Shown: positions 53,890-63,773 of the stretch, piece after piece | How the letters are laid out: every line of letters starts with the position of its first letter | Position numbering within the stretch: position 1 is the stretch's first letter | Assembly (NCBI GenBank): GCA_963800895.1 | Contig: CAWDDA010000015.1 | Coordinates: 344,994 to 408,993 of the forward strand | Direction of reading: 5' to 3' | Source of the DNA: an uncultured Acidobacteriota bacterium | Lineage (GTDB): Bacteria; Acidobacteriota; Blastocatellia; RBC074 | Length of the DNA: 64,000 nt | Position numbers and translations under genes: made by a program | Notes under the pieces: generated by a model | Told to the model about the DNA's origin: nothing | The model's database searches: none | What the model saw: only the letters and a program-made list of their open reading frames with translations

Positions 53890-55120
53890 ATGTCACAGCA
53901 CACAAATCCTCGAAGAAAGTTTCTGACCGAGACAACGCGCGGTGTAGTCGGGACAGGATTAACACTCTCAGCGGCAAACTGGAATCTGGTTCACGGCGCC
54001 AACGAACGCGTGCGAATGGGTGTAATTGGCACCGGCACTCGCGGTCAGGATGTGATGAATTTCTTCATCGCACAGCCTGATGCCGAGATCGTCGGCGTGT
54101 GCGATGCTTACGACAAGTCATGTAAATGCGGCGCAGGAAAAGACTCAGGGCAAGGCGAAGATCTTTGACGACTATTCGGCGTTGCTTGCATCGAAGGAGA
54201 TCGACGCCGTACTCATTGCAACGCCAGACCCGTGGCATGCGAAGATGGCAATCGACGCCTGCAACGCAGGCAAGGACGTGTATGTCGAAAAGCCGCTCAC
54301 GTTCGCGATTGAAGAAGGTCACCAGATAATCAAGGCAGTCAAACGCAATAATCGTGTAATGCAGGTAGGCACTCAGCAAAGGAGCGGTGAGCATTACGCC
54401 GAAGCCAAACGCGAATACTTTGATTCAGGCAAGATCGGGAAGATAACTCTGGTGCGAACATGGTGGCACGGCAACTCGTTCCATCTCAGGAAGCCGAATT
54501 TTACCGAGAAGCCGGCTGGTCTTGACTGGAAGAAGTTCCTCGGACCAGTGAAGTATCGGGACTTCAACGCGCATCAGTTCTACAACTGGAGGGCTTACCT
54601 CGACTTTGGAGGAGGCCAGATCACGGACCTCTTCACTCACTGGATCGATGTCGTTCACTGGTTAATGGGTGATGATCTTCCACTGGTAGCAATGGCCGCC
54701 GGCGGAGTACTTGAGTACAAGGACGGGAGGACAGCGCCTGACACGATTACGTTGCAGTTGAACTATCCCAAGGAATGGGTAGCGACTTTTGAGGCGACTC
54801 TTGTACCGGGAGCGCGAGGTGCCGCGATCGAATTCATGGGTACCGGTGGGCGCCTCCTCATCGATCGTGGAAGCTACACCTTTCAGGAGCATCAGGTGAG
54901 GCGCGGTCCGGTTCCCGAGCCGGTAACGAAACGCGCGGCAGGCGACCTCACCGAGGCCCATGTAAAGAACTTTCTGTCGTGCGTCAAGAGCCGAAAGACC
55001 CCAACCTCGGATGTAGTCAGCGCACACCGGTCGGCACTTGCATCACATCTGGGCAAGATCGCCTACATCAAAGGGCAGCGCGTGACCTTTGATCCCGCAA
55101 CAGAGAAAGATCACGTTTAA
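53890..55120 (+). pseudogene. TAT-signal Gfo/Idh/MocA-family oxidoreductase, one frame break near 54115
   Basis: PRRKFLTETTRGVVGTGL, then the Rossmann motif VRMGVIGTGTRGQ. ..VGVCDAYDKS switches into ORF 54080..55120 (HVNAAQEKT..IDAVLIATPDPWHA..VYVEKP). Confidence 0.75.
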
Positions 55121-55208
55121 GGTACGTTGTACCGGCTTAAGGCGGAACGGTGACATTCGAGGAGTTCGAATGCCACCATTCCGCCTTAAAGGCGGTACAA
55201 CGTACCTT
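55119..55208. repeat. Family Y palindrome overlapping the preceding TAA
   Basis: AAGGTACGTTGTACCGGCTTAAGGCGGAAC...CATTCCGCCTTAAAGGCGGTACAACGTACCTT. Confidence 0.8.
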
Positions 55209-55310
55209 CAGCCTTCTCATTGCAGTTCAGAATTGACCGATAATTTTCGTTTATCACTGGCCGCGCAAACCGGATTGTTGTTCCGGCGAAGTGGACGCTA
55301 GAGTAACTCC

Positions 55311-56723
55311 ATGGCCGCGCAAACCCTTTTCGAGAAGATATGGAACAATCACGTAGTACATGAGGAGGAAGGAAAGCCGTCCCTCATCTACATTGATCTG
55401 CACTTGATTCACGAAGTTACGAGCCCCCAGGCGTTTGAAGGAATGCGCCTCGCGGGACGGCGAGTACGACGCCCGGAACTTACCGTGGCGACGATGGATC
55501 ATAATGTTCCCACGTGGAGCCGTTCGCTGCCGATCACCGATCCGATCTCACTAAAACAGATCAATACCCTGGAAACCAATTGCCGCGAATTCGGGATCCG
55601 TCTTTACGGGCTCGATAGTCCAAACCAGGGGATTGTACACGTCATTGGACCTGAGCTTGGGTTGACGCAACCCGGAATGACTATAGTTTGCGGCGATAGC
55701 CACACTTCGACACACGGAGCCTTCGGCGCGCTCGCATTCGGCATCGGTACCAGTGAAGTCGAGCACGTGCTGGCAACTCAGTGCCTGCCGCAAAGTCGGC
55801 CCCGAACCTTTCGCATCAATATCGAAGGCGCTTTGCCGCCGCGTGTCACCGCGAAGGATCTGGTTCTGTATATCATCCGCTCGATCGGAACCGACGGCGC
55901 TACGGGCTATGTGATCGAGTATTCCGGCAAAGCGATTCGCGAGCTCTCGATGGAAGAAAGAATGACCGTCTGCAATATGTCGATCGAAGCTGGCGCCCGC
56001 GCGGGAATGATCGCGCCGGATGAAACCACATATTCCTATCTCGAAGGTCGGGAAGCGCTGCCGAAAGGAAAAGCCTTCGATGATCTGGTTCGATATTGGA
56101 AGACGCTGCCGTCAGATGCTGATTCGAAATTTGATCGCGAGATTACTATCGACGTCAGCTCTCTCGCTCCGCAGGTGAGCTGGGGAACAAATCCGGGAAT
56201 GGTAGTCGACGTCACAGGGACGATAGTTGATCCTGAATCGCTCGAGAAAGAAAACGATCGCAAAGCAGCACGGCGAGCGATCGAGTATATGGGTCTTGAG
56301 CCTGGGACACGAGTTGAGGACCTGGGAATCGACAAGGTCTTTATTGGCTCATGCACCAACTCGCGGATCGAGGATCTTCGCGAGGCATCGAAGATTGTGG
56401 AAGGCCACCAGGTTGCCGCGGGAGTAAGCGCACTGGTAGTTCCCGGGTCTCAGAAAGTGAAAGCTGAGGCAGAGCGTGAAGGGCTTGATAGGATATTCAC
56501 TGCGGCCGGATTTGAGTGGCGGGAATCGGGTTGCAGCATGTGCCTGGGAATGAATCCCGACATACTAAAGCCCGGCGAGCGCTGCGCATCAACCTCGAAC
56601 AGAAACTTCGAAGGACGCCAGGGCTCAGGTGGCAGGACCCATCTGGTCAGCCCTGTCATGGCAGCGGCTGCGGCAATCGCCGGCCATTTCGTCGACGTCA
56701 GAAAGTGGGATGGTAAGCAATGA
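55311..56723 (+). CDS. leuC: 3-isopropylmalate dehydratase large subunit
   Basis: 470-aa ORF with [35 protein letters not shown] and GCSMCLGMN. Confidence 0.93.
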   Translation: MAAQTLFEKIWNNHVVHEEEGKPSLIYIDLHLIHEVTSPQAFEGMRLAGRRVRRPELTVATMDHNVPTWSRSLPITDPISLKQINTLETNCREFGIRLYGLDSPNQGIVHVIGPELGLTQPGMTIVCGDSHTSTHGAFGALAFGIGTSEVEHVLATQCLPQSRPRTFRINIEGALPPRVTAKDLVLYIIRSIGTDGATGYVIEYSGKAIRELSMEERMTVCNMSIEAGARAGMIAPDETTYSYLEGREALPKGKAFDDLVRYWKTLPSDADSKFDREITIDVSSLAPQVSWGTNPGMVVDVTGTIVDPESLEKENDRKAARRAIEYMGLEPGTRVEDLGIDKVFIGSCTNSRIEDLREASKIVEGHQVAAGVSALVVPGSQKVKAEAEREGLDRIFTAAGFEWRESGCSMCLGMNPDILKPGERCASTSNRNFEGRQGSGGRTHLVSPVMAAAAAIAGHFVDVRKWDGKQ

Positions 56724-57370
56724 AGAGTTTCAGCAAGCACGAAGGCGTTGTAGCGCTACTCGATCGTGTCAATGTGGACACTGATCAGATAATCCCAAAG
56801 CAGTTCCTCAAACGAATCGAGCGGACGGGGTTTGAGGACGCGCTCTTCTTTGACTGGCGCTTCAAACCTGATGGAAGCCTCAACGAGACGTTCGAATTGA
56901 ATCAACCGCGCTTCAGGAATGCGTCGATTCTGCTGGCGAGAGCAAACTTTGGGTGCGGTTCATCACGCGAGCACGCGCCGTGGGCTCTTTCGGACTATGG
57001 ATTCACAGTCGTCATTGCTCCCTCGTTCGCTGACATCTTCTACAACAACTGTTTCAAGAACGGGTTGCTGCCGATAGCGCTTTCCGAAGATCAGGTCGAG
57101 GATATTTTCGAGCGCGCGCGTGATATTGAAGGATACCGCCTGGCAGTGGATCTGAATGGACAGAAGATTACGTCCGACGACGGACTGGAAATTGACTTCG
57201 AGATCGACCCGTTTCGCCGCAAGTGTCTACTCGAGGGTCTCGATGATATTGGCCTCACGATGCAACACAGCGAAAGCATCAGCAGCTATGAGCAACGGTT
57301 CGCGCTCGGCCGCCCGCGCTCAAACTTTCTGCCTGGGAGCGCCGGCCTCCGGCCGGCCCCGCGCCGCTGA
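56720..57370 (+). CDS. leuD: 3-isopropylmalate dehydratase small subunit (C-terminal tail read from a repeat)
   Basis: [25 protein letters not shown] and [13 protein letters not shown]. The last ~13 codons ([13 protein letters not shown]) and the stop lie inside the family G element. Confidence 0.88.
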   Translation: MKSFSKHEGVVALLDRVNVDTDQIIPKQFLKRIERTGFEDALFFDWRFKPDGSLNETFELNQPRFRNASILLARANFGCGSSREHAPWALSDYGFTVVIAPSFADIFYNNCFKNGLLPIALSEDQVEDIFERARDIEGYRLAVDLNGQKITSDDGLEIDFEIDPFRRKCLLEGLDDIGLTMQHSESISSYEQRFALGRPRSNFLPGSAGLRPAPRR

Positions 57371-57460
57371 AGCGGCGCGCTGGGAGTAGGAGGTTATGCG
57401 AGCTTGCTGAAACGCGCCGCTTTAGCGGCGCAGGGCCGGCCGGAGGCCGGCGCTCCCAGG
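57332..57460. repeat. Family G composite palindrome (outer CCTGGGAGCGCCGGCCTCCGGCCGGC, inner CGCGCCGCTGAAGCGGCGCG)
   Basis: Nested inverted repeats read directly. Confidence 0.8.
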
Positions 57461-57471
57461 AGCCGCAGCGC

Positions 57472-58227
57472 ATGTCAGCCCATTCCCTGACCACGCGTAT
57501 CCAGAGATTCGCGACGCTTTTTCGCGTCGCTTTCCGGGAAGCACGTATTCAGTTGTGGGAGCGTGACTATGTCGACGCCGCGGCGCGCACAGACACGATA
57601 ATCATCGACGACTATCTGAGAGACCACACTGTGCGAAAGCTCCAGATAGGCGCAGGTGATAACTCGATAGCTGGTTGGCTGTCTACCGACATAGCTCCGG
57701 TGTCAGAAGGAATCGTACGGCTGGACGCAACACGGGCATTTCCATTTGCAGATGCTCTATTTGACTATGCCTATTCAGAACACATGATCGAGCATTTGAC
57801 TCTTCCAGATGCGAGAAAGATGGTCGCTGAAACATATCGAGTACTTAAGCCTGGAGGCAAAGTCCGAATTGCAACGCCCGACCTGCAGGTTTTCGCGGCG
57901 CTTTGCCTCGATGGCTCGACCGAAACTCAGAAAGCTTACGTTGACTGGGCGGCTCGCGAATACAATCCTGACAGCGGATTAGTTTCGCCATCCGTGGTGG
58001 TGAATCAGATGTTCAGAGGGTGGGGGCACCAGTTTCTATACGATGAAGAGACTTTGACCAGGGTTTTGGCAGAAGCCGGATTCTCGGGGATCGCACGGTG
58101 CGAAGTCGGAAAGAGTGACGACTCCGAGCTTGAAAACCTCGAGCGGCACTGGCGCAAGATCGGCGAAGCGAACAATCGATTTGAGACTATGGTGCTCGAA
58201 GCCCGTAAACTTTCGAATGCTCAATGA
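57472..58227 (+). CDS. Class I SAM-dependent methyltransferase
   Basis: 251-aa ORF with KLQIGAGDNSIAGW, EHMIEHL and VLKPGGKVRIATPD. Confidence 0.75.
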   Translation: MSAHSLTTRIQRFATLFRVAFREARIQLWERDYVDAAARTDTIIIDDYLRDHTVRKLQIGAGDNSIAGWLSTDIAPVSEGIVRLDATRAFPFADALFDYAYSEHMIEHLTLPDARKMVAETYRVLKPGGKVRIATPDLQVFAALCLDGSTETQKAYVDWAAREYNPDSGLVSPSVVVNQMFRGWGHQFLYDEETLTRVLAEAGFSGIARCEVGKSDDSELENLERHWRKIGEANNRFETMVLEARKLSNAQ

Positions 58228-60233
58228 ATATCCTCGTTGACGGGCGAATTCTGGGAAGTCGCGTCACAGGAGTCGAGCGCTACATCCGAGAGTTGCTCGC
58301 GCAATTCGCACGTGAGAACGTGCGGGGAAGCAACGCGGTCGACGTCTATGTGACACATCATGGTCAATACGAAGCGTCAGATGGAGTGAGACAAAGAGTC
58401 CAGGACGCGGCTATACCGGCTGTTCTTTCCTGCGACGTATATCATCGTCCATTTCAACCTTCCGATTTCTCTTCAATCGTTGAACTTGGTGCAGCACGAG
58501 CCTCCATTCTGTCGATCCACGATCTCATTGGCTATCGTCGGCAGGAATACTGGGATGACAGCGAGCGTTTTCGCTCCTACCGGCAGACGGTTGAGTTTGC
58601 GGCCCGGGCCACGGACCGCATCGTCACAATTTCTCAGTCAACAAAGCGAGAAATAATCAGTTCTCTGGAGGTGGATGAGTCAAAGATCGATGTCACCTAC
58701 CTCGGGGTGAACGACCGCTTCCGGCTTTTGCCTGATATTGAGGCCACTGACAGCATACTCGCAGCTTACGGTTTAGAGCGTGGATACGTGCTGTCCGTAG
58801 GTACGGACTATCCACACAAGAACCGAGTCTCTCTGCTGAGAGCATTCGAACAGATGACAGAGGCTCGCCCTGCGCTCAAGCTCGTTCTGGCGGGACCGAA
58901 GGTATTCGGGCGGGAACAACACGAAGTCGATAGCCTGGTCCGCAAACTCGGCCGCAACGTGATCGAGATCGAGGACGTCCCTGACGAACATCTCGTCTCT
59001 CTCTATAACGGTGCATCTCTTTATTGCTTTCCTTCACTCGACGAGGGTTTCGGGCTGCCGGTCCTCGAGGCGTTTGCGTGTGAAGTCCCGGTGGTTTGTT
59101 CAAACAGCACGTCGCTTCCCGAGGTGGCGGGTGACGCAGCTCTACTTGTCGATGCATGCAATGTTGGTGAGCTCAGAGAAGCGATGCAGGCAGCAATCGA
59201 CGATCAGAATTTGAGAAAAGGGTTGATCGATCGTGGTCGAAAGAGAGCGGGCGAATTCACCTGGGAGCGAACTGCAAGAGAGACCTGGAAAAGCTATGAG
59301 CGGGCCGCGGCTGGTCACAATCGGGAGAGAAATCAACGAAGAACGCCGGCCAGAGGCCAGCGTTCCCAGGTTCGCACCTTTTCGATTGTTATCTGCACGC
59401 GAAATCGTGCGAGACGGTTGAGACATACGCTCGAATCGATCGCACGCTTGAAGATTGAAACTCCGGGTACAGTCGATGTCATTGTGGTCGACAACGCTTC
59501 CGAAGATGACACCACGCAGGTTGCAGAGACGGTAGCGCGGTCAATCAGCTTGCCCGTCACAGTTCTATCGGAGCCGGAGCTGGGAATCTCGAATGCGCGG
59601 AATCGCGGTATCAGAGAGGCTAAAGGCGACGTCATCATATTTATCGATGACGACGTCGAGTTGTTGCCAGAGTTTGTGATTGATTACGCGGCAGCATACA
59701 AACGATGGCCGCAAGCGACGTGCATCGGAGGAAAGGTGGAGCTCAAGTGGGTATCTCCTCGCCCTGGCTGGCTGACCGACTCTCTGATCGGTCTTCTGGG
59801 TGTTACGTTGTGCCCGGATGAGGAGCGGCAATACCATAGCCCGGCGTTTCACATCATCGGGTGCAATATGTCTTTCCGTCGTGAGGTTTTTGCCGAATTA
59901 GGAGGCTTCGATGTAAGCCTCGGTTACAGTGGCACAAAGCTTTTTGGCGACGAAGATAACGAGATGCTTCGCAGAATCGAAGCGTCGGGTGGGACAATCG
60001 TTCACTCGCATCTTCCACGGCTCTTTCATCTGATTGAACGTGATAAGCTGAGACGAAGCTATTTTCGCGATCGATATTTTTATCAGGCTATCACTGATGC
60101 GAAGCGTGATCTTTCCCGGACAGACGGTTCAGATGGAGACCTGATACGCCTTCGAATAAAGGAGCGTGAAATACGAGCGGTCGCTTCGTCGAGCTGCTAT
60201 CAAAAAGCTGATCGTCGGCAAGTTGCGTTTTGA
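58224..60233 (+). CDS. Fused glycosyltransferase: GT4-like N-terminal half and GT2-like C-terminal half
   Basis: 669-aa ORF. The GT4 signature is FPSLDEGFGLPVLEAFACEVPVVCSNSTSLPEVAG. The GT2 half has FSIVICTRNRARRL, VVDNASEDDT and IIFIDDDVE. The start overlaps the methyltransferase stop (ATGA). Confidence 0.75.
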   Translation: MNILVDGRILGSRVTGVERYIRELLAQFARENVRGSNAVDVYVTHHGQYEASDGVRQRVQDAAIPAVLSCDVYHRPFQPSDFSSIVELGAARASILSIHDLIGYRRQEYWDDSERFRSYRQTVEFAARATDRIVTISQSTKREIISSLEVDESKIDVTYLGVNDRFRLLPDIEATDSILAAYGLERGYVLSVGTDYPHKNRVSLLRAFEQMTEARPALKLVLAGPKVFGREQHEVDSLVRKLGRNVIEIEDVPDEHLVSLYNGASLYCFPSLDEGFGLPVLEAFACEVPVVCSNSTSLPEVAGDAALLVDACNVGELREAMQAAIDDQNLRKGLIDRGRKRAGEFTWERTARETWKSYERAAAGHNRERNQRRTPARGQRSQVRTFSIVICTRNRARRLRHTLESIARLKIETPGTVDVIVVDNASEDDTTQVAETVARSISLPVTVLSEPELGISNARNRGIREAKGDVIIFIDDDVELLPEFVIDYAAAYKRWPQATCIGGKVELKWVSPRPGWLTDSLIGLLGVTLCPDEERQYHSPAFHIIGCNMSFRREVFAELGGFDVSLGYSGTKLFGDEDNEMLRRIEASGGTIVHSHLPRLFHLIERDKLRRSYFRDRYFYQAITDAKRDLSRTDGSDGDLIRLRIKEREIRAVASSSCYQKADRRQVAF

Positions 60234-60510
60234 AGATGTTGTCTGGCTCGAATATGTATCGACCAGGTTGAAAGAGTTTGAAGCAGCCAGTGCCACCAGA
60301 GCCGCTATGAACGAGAAACAGGACGGAATGACGAACGACTCGGGGCGTGAGACGAAGGACGAAACGACGCGAACGTTGATAAAGGAACTGTCGGCGCGGC
60401 TGGCTGAGAGCGAGGCACGCGTGGCCGAGCTCACGGGCTCTGGCTCTCGACTGTATAAACTCGTGAGCAAGTATTACCGGCTGCGTCGAAAACTTTCCGG
60501 AAGAGCATGA
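60166..60510 (+). CDS. Hypothetical coiled-coil protein, or a frame-shifted C-terminal extension of the glycosyltransferase
   Basis: 114-aa ORF that overlaps the GT 3' end by 68 nt. Its stop overlaps the ybaK start (ATGA). I recognised no motif. Confidence 0.35.
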   Translation: MKYERSLRRAAIKKLIVGKLRFEDVVWLEYVSTRLKEFEAASATRAAMNEKQDGMTNDSGRETKDETTRTLIKELSARLAESEARVAELTGSGSRLYKLVSKYYRLRRKLSGRA

Positions 60511-60974
60511 AGACCAATGCCGTCAGGTTGATAGAGCAGCAGGGAATCAGATACGAGCTGCGCGAATACGAATGTTCTGAGGACGATCTCGACGCGGTTT
60601 CTGTGGCTCGCAAGATAGGAATGGCCCCGGAATCGGTCTTCAAAACACTGGTAGCGCGCGGCGAGCGGACCGGCGTGATAATGGCTTGTATTCCGGCAAA
60701 TGCTGAGCTCGATCTCAAGAAGATCGCATCTGTCAGCGGCAACAAAAAGGTTGAGTTGGTGGCGGTCAGGGAAATACAATCATTGACCGGTTACATACGC
60801 GGAGGAGTTTCACCGCTTGGTACGAGGAAGCGGTTCCAGCTTTTTCTTGATCGCAGCGCGCTTCAGTCATCCACTATCAGCGTCAGTGCCGGAAAGCGCG
60901 GTTTGCAGATACTGCTTTCAACTGGCGACCTCGTTAACGCAAGCCAGGCCGAATTAGCAGATCTGACACGTTAG
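60507..60974 (+). CDS. ybaK: Cys-tRNA(Pro)/Cys-tRNA(Cys) deacylase (YbaK/EbsC family)
   Basis: 155-aa ORF with [27 protein letters not shown] and [12 protein letters not shown]. Confidence 0.85.
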   Translation: MKTNAVRLIEQQGIRYELREYECSEDDLDAVSVARKIGMAPESVFKTLVARGERTGVIMACIPANAELDLKKIASVSGNKKVELVAVREIQSLTGYIRGGVSPLGTRKRFQLFLDRSALQSSTISVSAGKRGLQILLSTGDLVNASQAELADLTR

Positions 60975-61009
60975 CCTTGTAGCACCGTCTTTACTGTAGA
61001 GAGTTGCCC

Positions 61010-61420
61010 ATGCCGCGTCGCTGGCTCTTCAAGACAGAACCCGGAGACTACTCATTCGCTGATCTTGAACGCGAGGGGAAGACAGTCTGGAACGGGGTTT
61101 CAAACAACCTGGCGCTCAGACACCTTCGTGAGATAAGGATGGGTGACGATGTACTCGTCTACCATACCGGAGATGAGAAAGCGATTGTCGGTCTTGCGCA
61201 GGCAATCGGAGATCCCTTTGCCGACCCTCGAGACAACGATGAAAAGCTCGCCGTCGTTGAGATAAGGCCCATAAGAAGGCTGGCGAAGCCGCTGACGCTC
61301 GCGGAGCTGAAAGCAGTTAGCGCACTAAGAGACTTTGACCTTGTGCGACTACCTCGACTTTCAGTGATGCCGGTGCCCAACGAATACTGGGCGATTCTGC
61401 AGGATATGATGCGGTTTTGA
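61010..61420 (+). CDS. EVE (PUA-like) domain protein
   Basis: MPRRWLFKTEPGDYSFADLEREGKTVWNGVSNNLALRHLREIRMGDDVLVYHTGDEKAIVGLA. Confidence 0.8.
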   Translation: MPRRWLFKTEPGDYSFADLEREGKTVWNGVSNNLALRHLREIRMGDDVLVYHTGDEKAIVGLAQAIGDPFADPRDNDEKLAVVEIRPIRRLAKPLTLAELKAVSALRDFDLVRLPRLSVMPVPNEYWAILQDMMRF

Positions 61421-61463
61421 GAGGCGGAGCCTGGTTTTGAGATTGGGGACCGGGAGATTGGTT

Positions 61464-61573
61464 AGATTTGTCATTTGTGATTTGTCATTTGTCATTGTGC
61501 TAATTGAAGCGAGCAACATCAATGTCAAGTGAACAAATAACAAATGACAAAGACAAATGACTAAATGATAAAT
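61464..61573. repeat. Family T palindrome (TCATTTG/TGATTTG heptamers)
   Basis: AGATTTGTCATTTGTGATTTGTCATTTGTCATT ... AACAAATAACAAATGACAAAGACAAATGACTAAATGATAAAT. Confidence 0.8.
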
Positions 61574-61577
61574 AACT

Positions 61578-62954
61578 TTAGGTTCCAAGCGTCGATATCT
61601 CGTCAAAATACTTCACAAACATCTTCATCCCACCAGCCGTCTGTCCCCAATCGTAGTTCTCGTTCTTTGCGTGATATCCGTGTTCGGGAAGGCTCAGACC
61701 GAGAAACGTTATTGGTGCCTTTAGATGGTTCTGCATTGTGACTACGGCGCCGATCGAGCCACCTTCTCTGGTAAATGCAGGCTCCTTTCCGAAGGCAAAC
61801 TTCATTGCTGAACGCGCTGCGTCCGCGTAAGGTCCTTTGAAGTCGCCGAGAAAAGGTTCGAGTGTCTGAACGGCATCGACCTTGACGTCCGGGTTGATCT
61901 TGCGTACGTGTTCTCGCACCAATCGAATGATCTTTGCGGGACTCTGATAGGGCACGAGGCGAGTGCTGATCTTTGCTTCCGCACGGTGAGGCACAATGGT
62001 CTTGATCCCGGGTCCCGTGTAGCCGCCGACAATTCCGTGCAGCTCAAATGTTGGAGCCGCCATGAACGCCCGTAGTACATCGGCTTCGGCCTTGAGGTGC
62101 GGCCGTATTGTCAGAAGCTCGTGCGCCTTCTTGTAGCCTCGAGTGGTGAAGCCGGAGTTGACAAAGCTCTTCAATTCTTCACTGGTAGCAGGCTTTACGT
62201 CGTCATAGAACCCCTTGATCTTCACGCGTCCGGTTTTCGCGTCATAACATTCGGAGATTACCTGCGCCAGCTCTCCAATTGGATTACGTGCGACGCCGCC
62301 TACCAGACCTGAATGGACGTCCTTCGCGTGTGTGTCAAGCGACAATACAAATCCCTGGAGCCCTCTTAGCCCATAAGGAACTGCAGGCCGGCCGCGAGCA
62401 ATCCAGATCGTGTCGGAGACAAGCACCGAATCGGTATCGAGGCTCTTTCGATTCTTTTTGACGAAATTCTCGAAATTCGGGCTTCCAATCTCTTCTTCCA
62501 GTTCCCAGATGAACTTGAAATTGAGCGGAATGTCGTGATCCGTGGCGTATTTCACCGCCAGCATGGCTGTCAGGGCGGGGCCTTTGTCGTCTGTTGTTCC
62601 GCGGCCCTCGTACCGGTCTCCCACCTTGTGAAATGAGAACGGAGCCTTGTGCCACTCCGAAGGTTCGGCAGGCTGGACATCAAGGTGATTGTATATCGTG
62701 ACCGTCGGGAAACTTTCGTTTGCTATGAGCGAAGCAAAGACTACAGGATTTCCGGGCGTGGGAATGAGTTTCGCCTGCGCGCCCAGCTCGCTAAGGTAAT
62801 CGCGCGCGATCTCGCCGCATTTCTCGATGTCTTTCTGATGTTCCGGCGCAGAGCTGACGCTCGGAGTTTCAACAAGCGCTGCGAGCTTTTCCTCAAATTC
62901 GCGTCGGCTCGTTCGCACAAACTTGTCGAGGCCGCTGTAGAGGTTTTTTGGCAT
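61578..62954 (-). CDS. M20-family metallopeptidase (dipeptidase-like)
   Basis: 458-aa ORF with [19 protein letters not shown] and the metal-ligand spacing typical of M20/M25/M40. Confidence 0.8.
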   Translation of the reverse strand: MPKNLYSGLDKFVRTSRREFEEKLAALVETPSVSSAPEHQKDIEKCGEIARDYLSELGAQAKLIPTPGNPVVFASLIANESFPTVTIYNHLDVQPAEPSEWHKAPFSFHKVGDRYEGRGTTDDKGPALTAMLAVKYATDHDIPLNFKFIWELEEEIGSPNFENFVKKNRKSLDTDSVLVSDTIWIARGRPAVPYGLRGLQGFVLSLDTHAKDVHSGLVGGVARNPIGELAQVISECYDAKTGRVKIKGFYDDVKPATSEELKSFVNSGFTTRGYKKAHELLTIRPHLKAEADVLRAFMAAPTFELHGIVGGYTGPGIKTIVPHRAEAKISTRLVPYQSPAKIIRLVREHVRKINPDVKVDAVQTLEPFLGDFKGPYADAARSAMKFAFGKEPAFTREGGSIGAVVTMQNHLKAPITFLGLSLPEHGYHAKNENYDWGQTAGGMKMFVKYFDEISTLGT

Positions 62955-63000
62955 AGTTGTTTTCGTTTAGGTGAAGGCGCGCACAATTGCAGGAATAGCT

Positions 63001-63741
63001 TCAGGGTTGGCTGGTAATGAACTTTAAAGTTGTGTGGCCAATTCTGATGAGATCACCGTTGGTGAGCGCATACGACTCCTGAGGTTTCAACCGTGATTGA
63101 CCATTGATTGTTGTGCCATTTGCGCTGCCCAGGTCCTCTATGAAGAACTGATTGCCGCGCAGGACGATACGCGCATGCTTTCGTGAAACACGTGATGACG
63201 GGTCATATGCTGAAAGGTCCACTTCGGGTCGGATTCCACGGTGTGGATCAAGGCGCCCAATGTAGATTTCTGGCTCAGAGAGCAGAGGAAACTGTGCGGT
63301 CGCCTGATCGGCGTCAATCACCATGAGCTTTGCGAGGGCGAAGCCAGCGCTGGGCCGCCGGCTGCTGAAGTAGATACGATAAAGATCGTGTGGTGTCAGG
63401 TCACGACCGCAATGTGAGCAGATTGCTCTCTGAAGGCTTCTTGCGGGCGTAGGACCCGCCTGCGTTGCCTCGACGTCCTCCCTTATAAGCAGATCGAGGA
63501 ACGTTTCGCGTTCCGGCTCGTCGAGCGCATCCCAGTCAAGATTCCGGTCGCGACAGATTCGACGAAGCTGGTCAGCTGCCATCTCGATCCGCGCGCAACT
63601 CACCGCCATCTCGTCTTCCGCTAGAATGTTGAGAAGGTCGCGCCTGTGCTCCGGGGCAAGCTCTGATACCCATGCCCTGAGCTGATCCTTTGTGGACATC
63701 TGATCGCTCATCTCGCAAAGCTTACCACGGTTATAAGTCAA
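63001..63741 (-). CDS. FHA-domain protein with an unrecognised N-terminal region
   Basis: C-terminal FHA domain: IYIGRLDPH..RVSRKHARIVLRGNQFFIEDLGSANGTTINGQ. The listed start is TTG; Met at 63711 is an alternative. Confidence 0.75.
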   Translation of the reverse strand: MTYNRGKLCEMSDQMSTKDQLRAWVSELAPEHRRDLLNILAEDEMAVSCARIEMAADQLRRICRDRNLDWDALDEPERETFLDLLIREDVEATQAGPTPARSLQRAICSHCGRDLTPHDLYRIYFSSRRPSAGFALAKLMVIDADQATAQFPLLSEPEIYIGRLDPHRGIRPEVDLSAYDPSSRVSRKHARIVLRGNQFFIEDLGSANGTTINGQSRLKPQESYALTNGDLIRIGHTTLKFITSQP

Positions 63742-63773
63742 CGATCAGAACCGGCGCAAGCAGGGTATGGTGC

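Noticed and set aside
55089-55301. ORF 55089..55301 as a leucine leader peptide for leuCD attenuation.
   Set aside because: Most of it is read through a family Y repeat. It has only scattered Leu codons (no run of consecutive Leu), and I could not identify a terminator/antiterminator pair.
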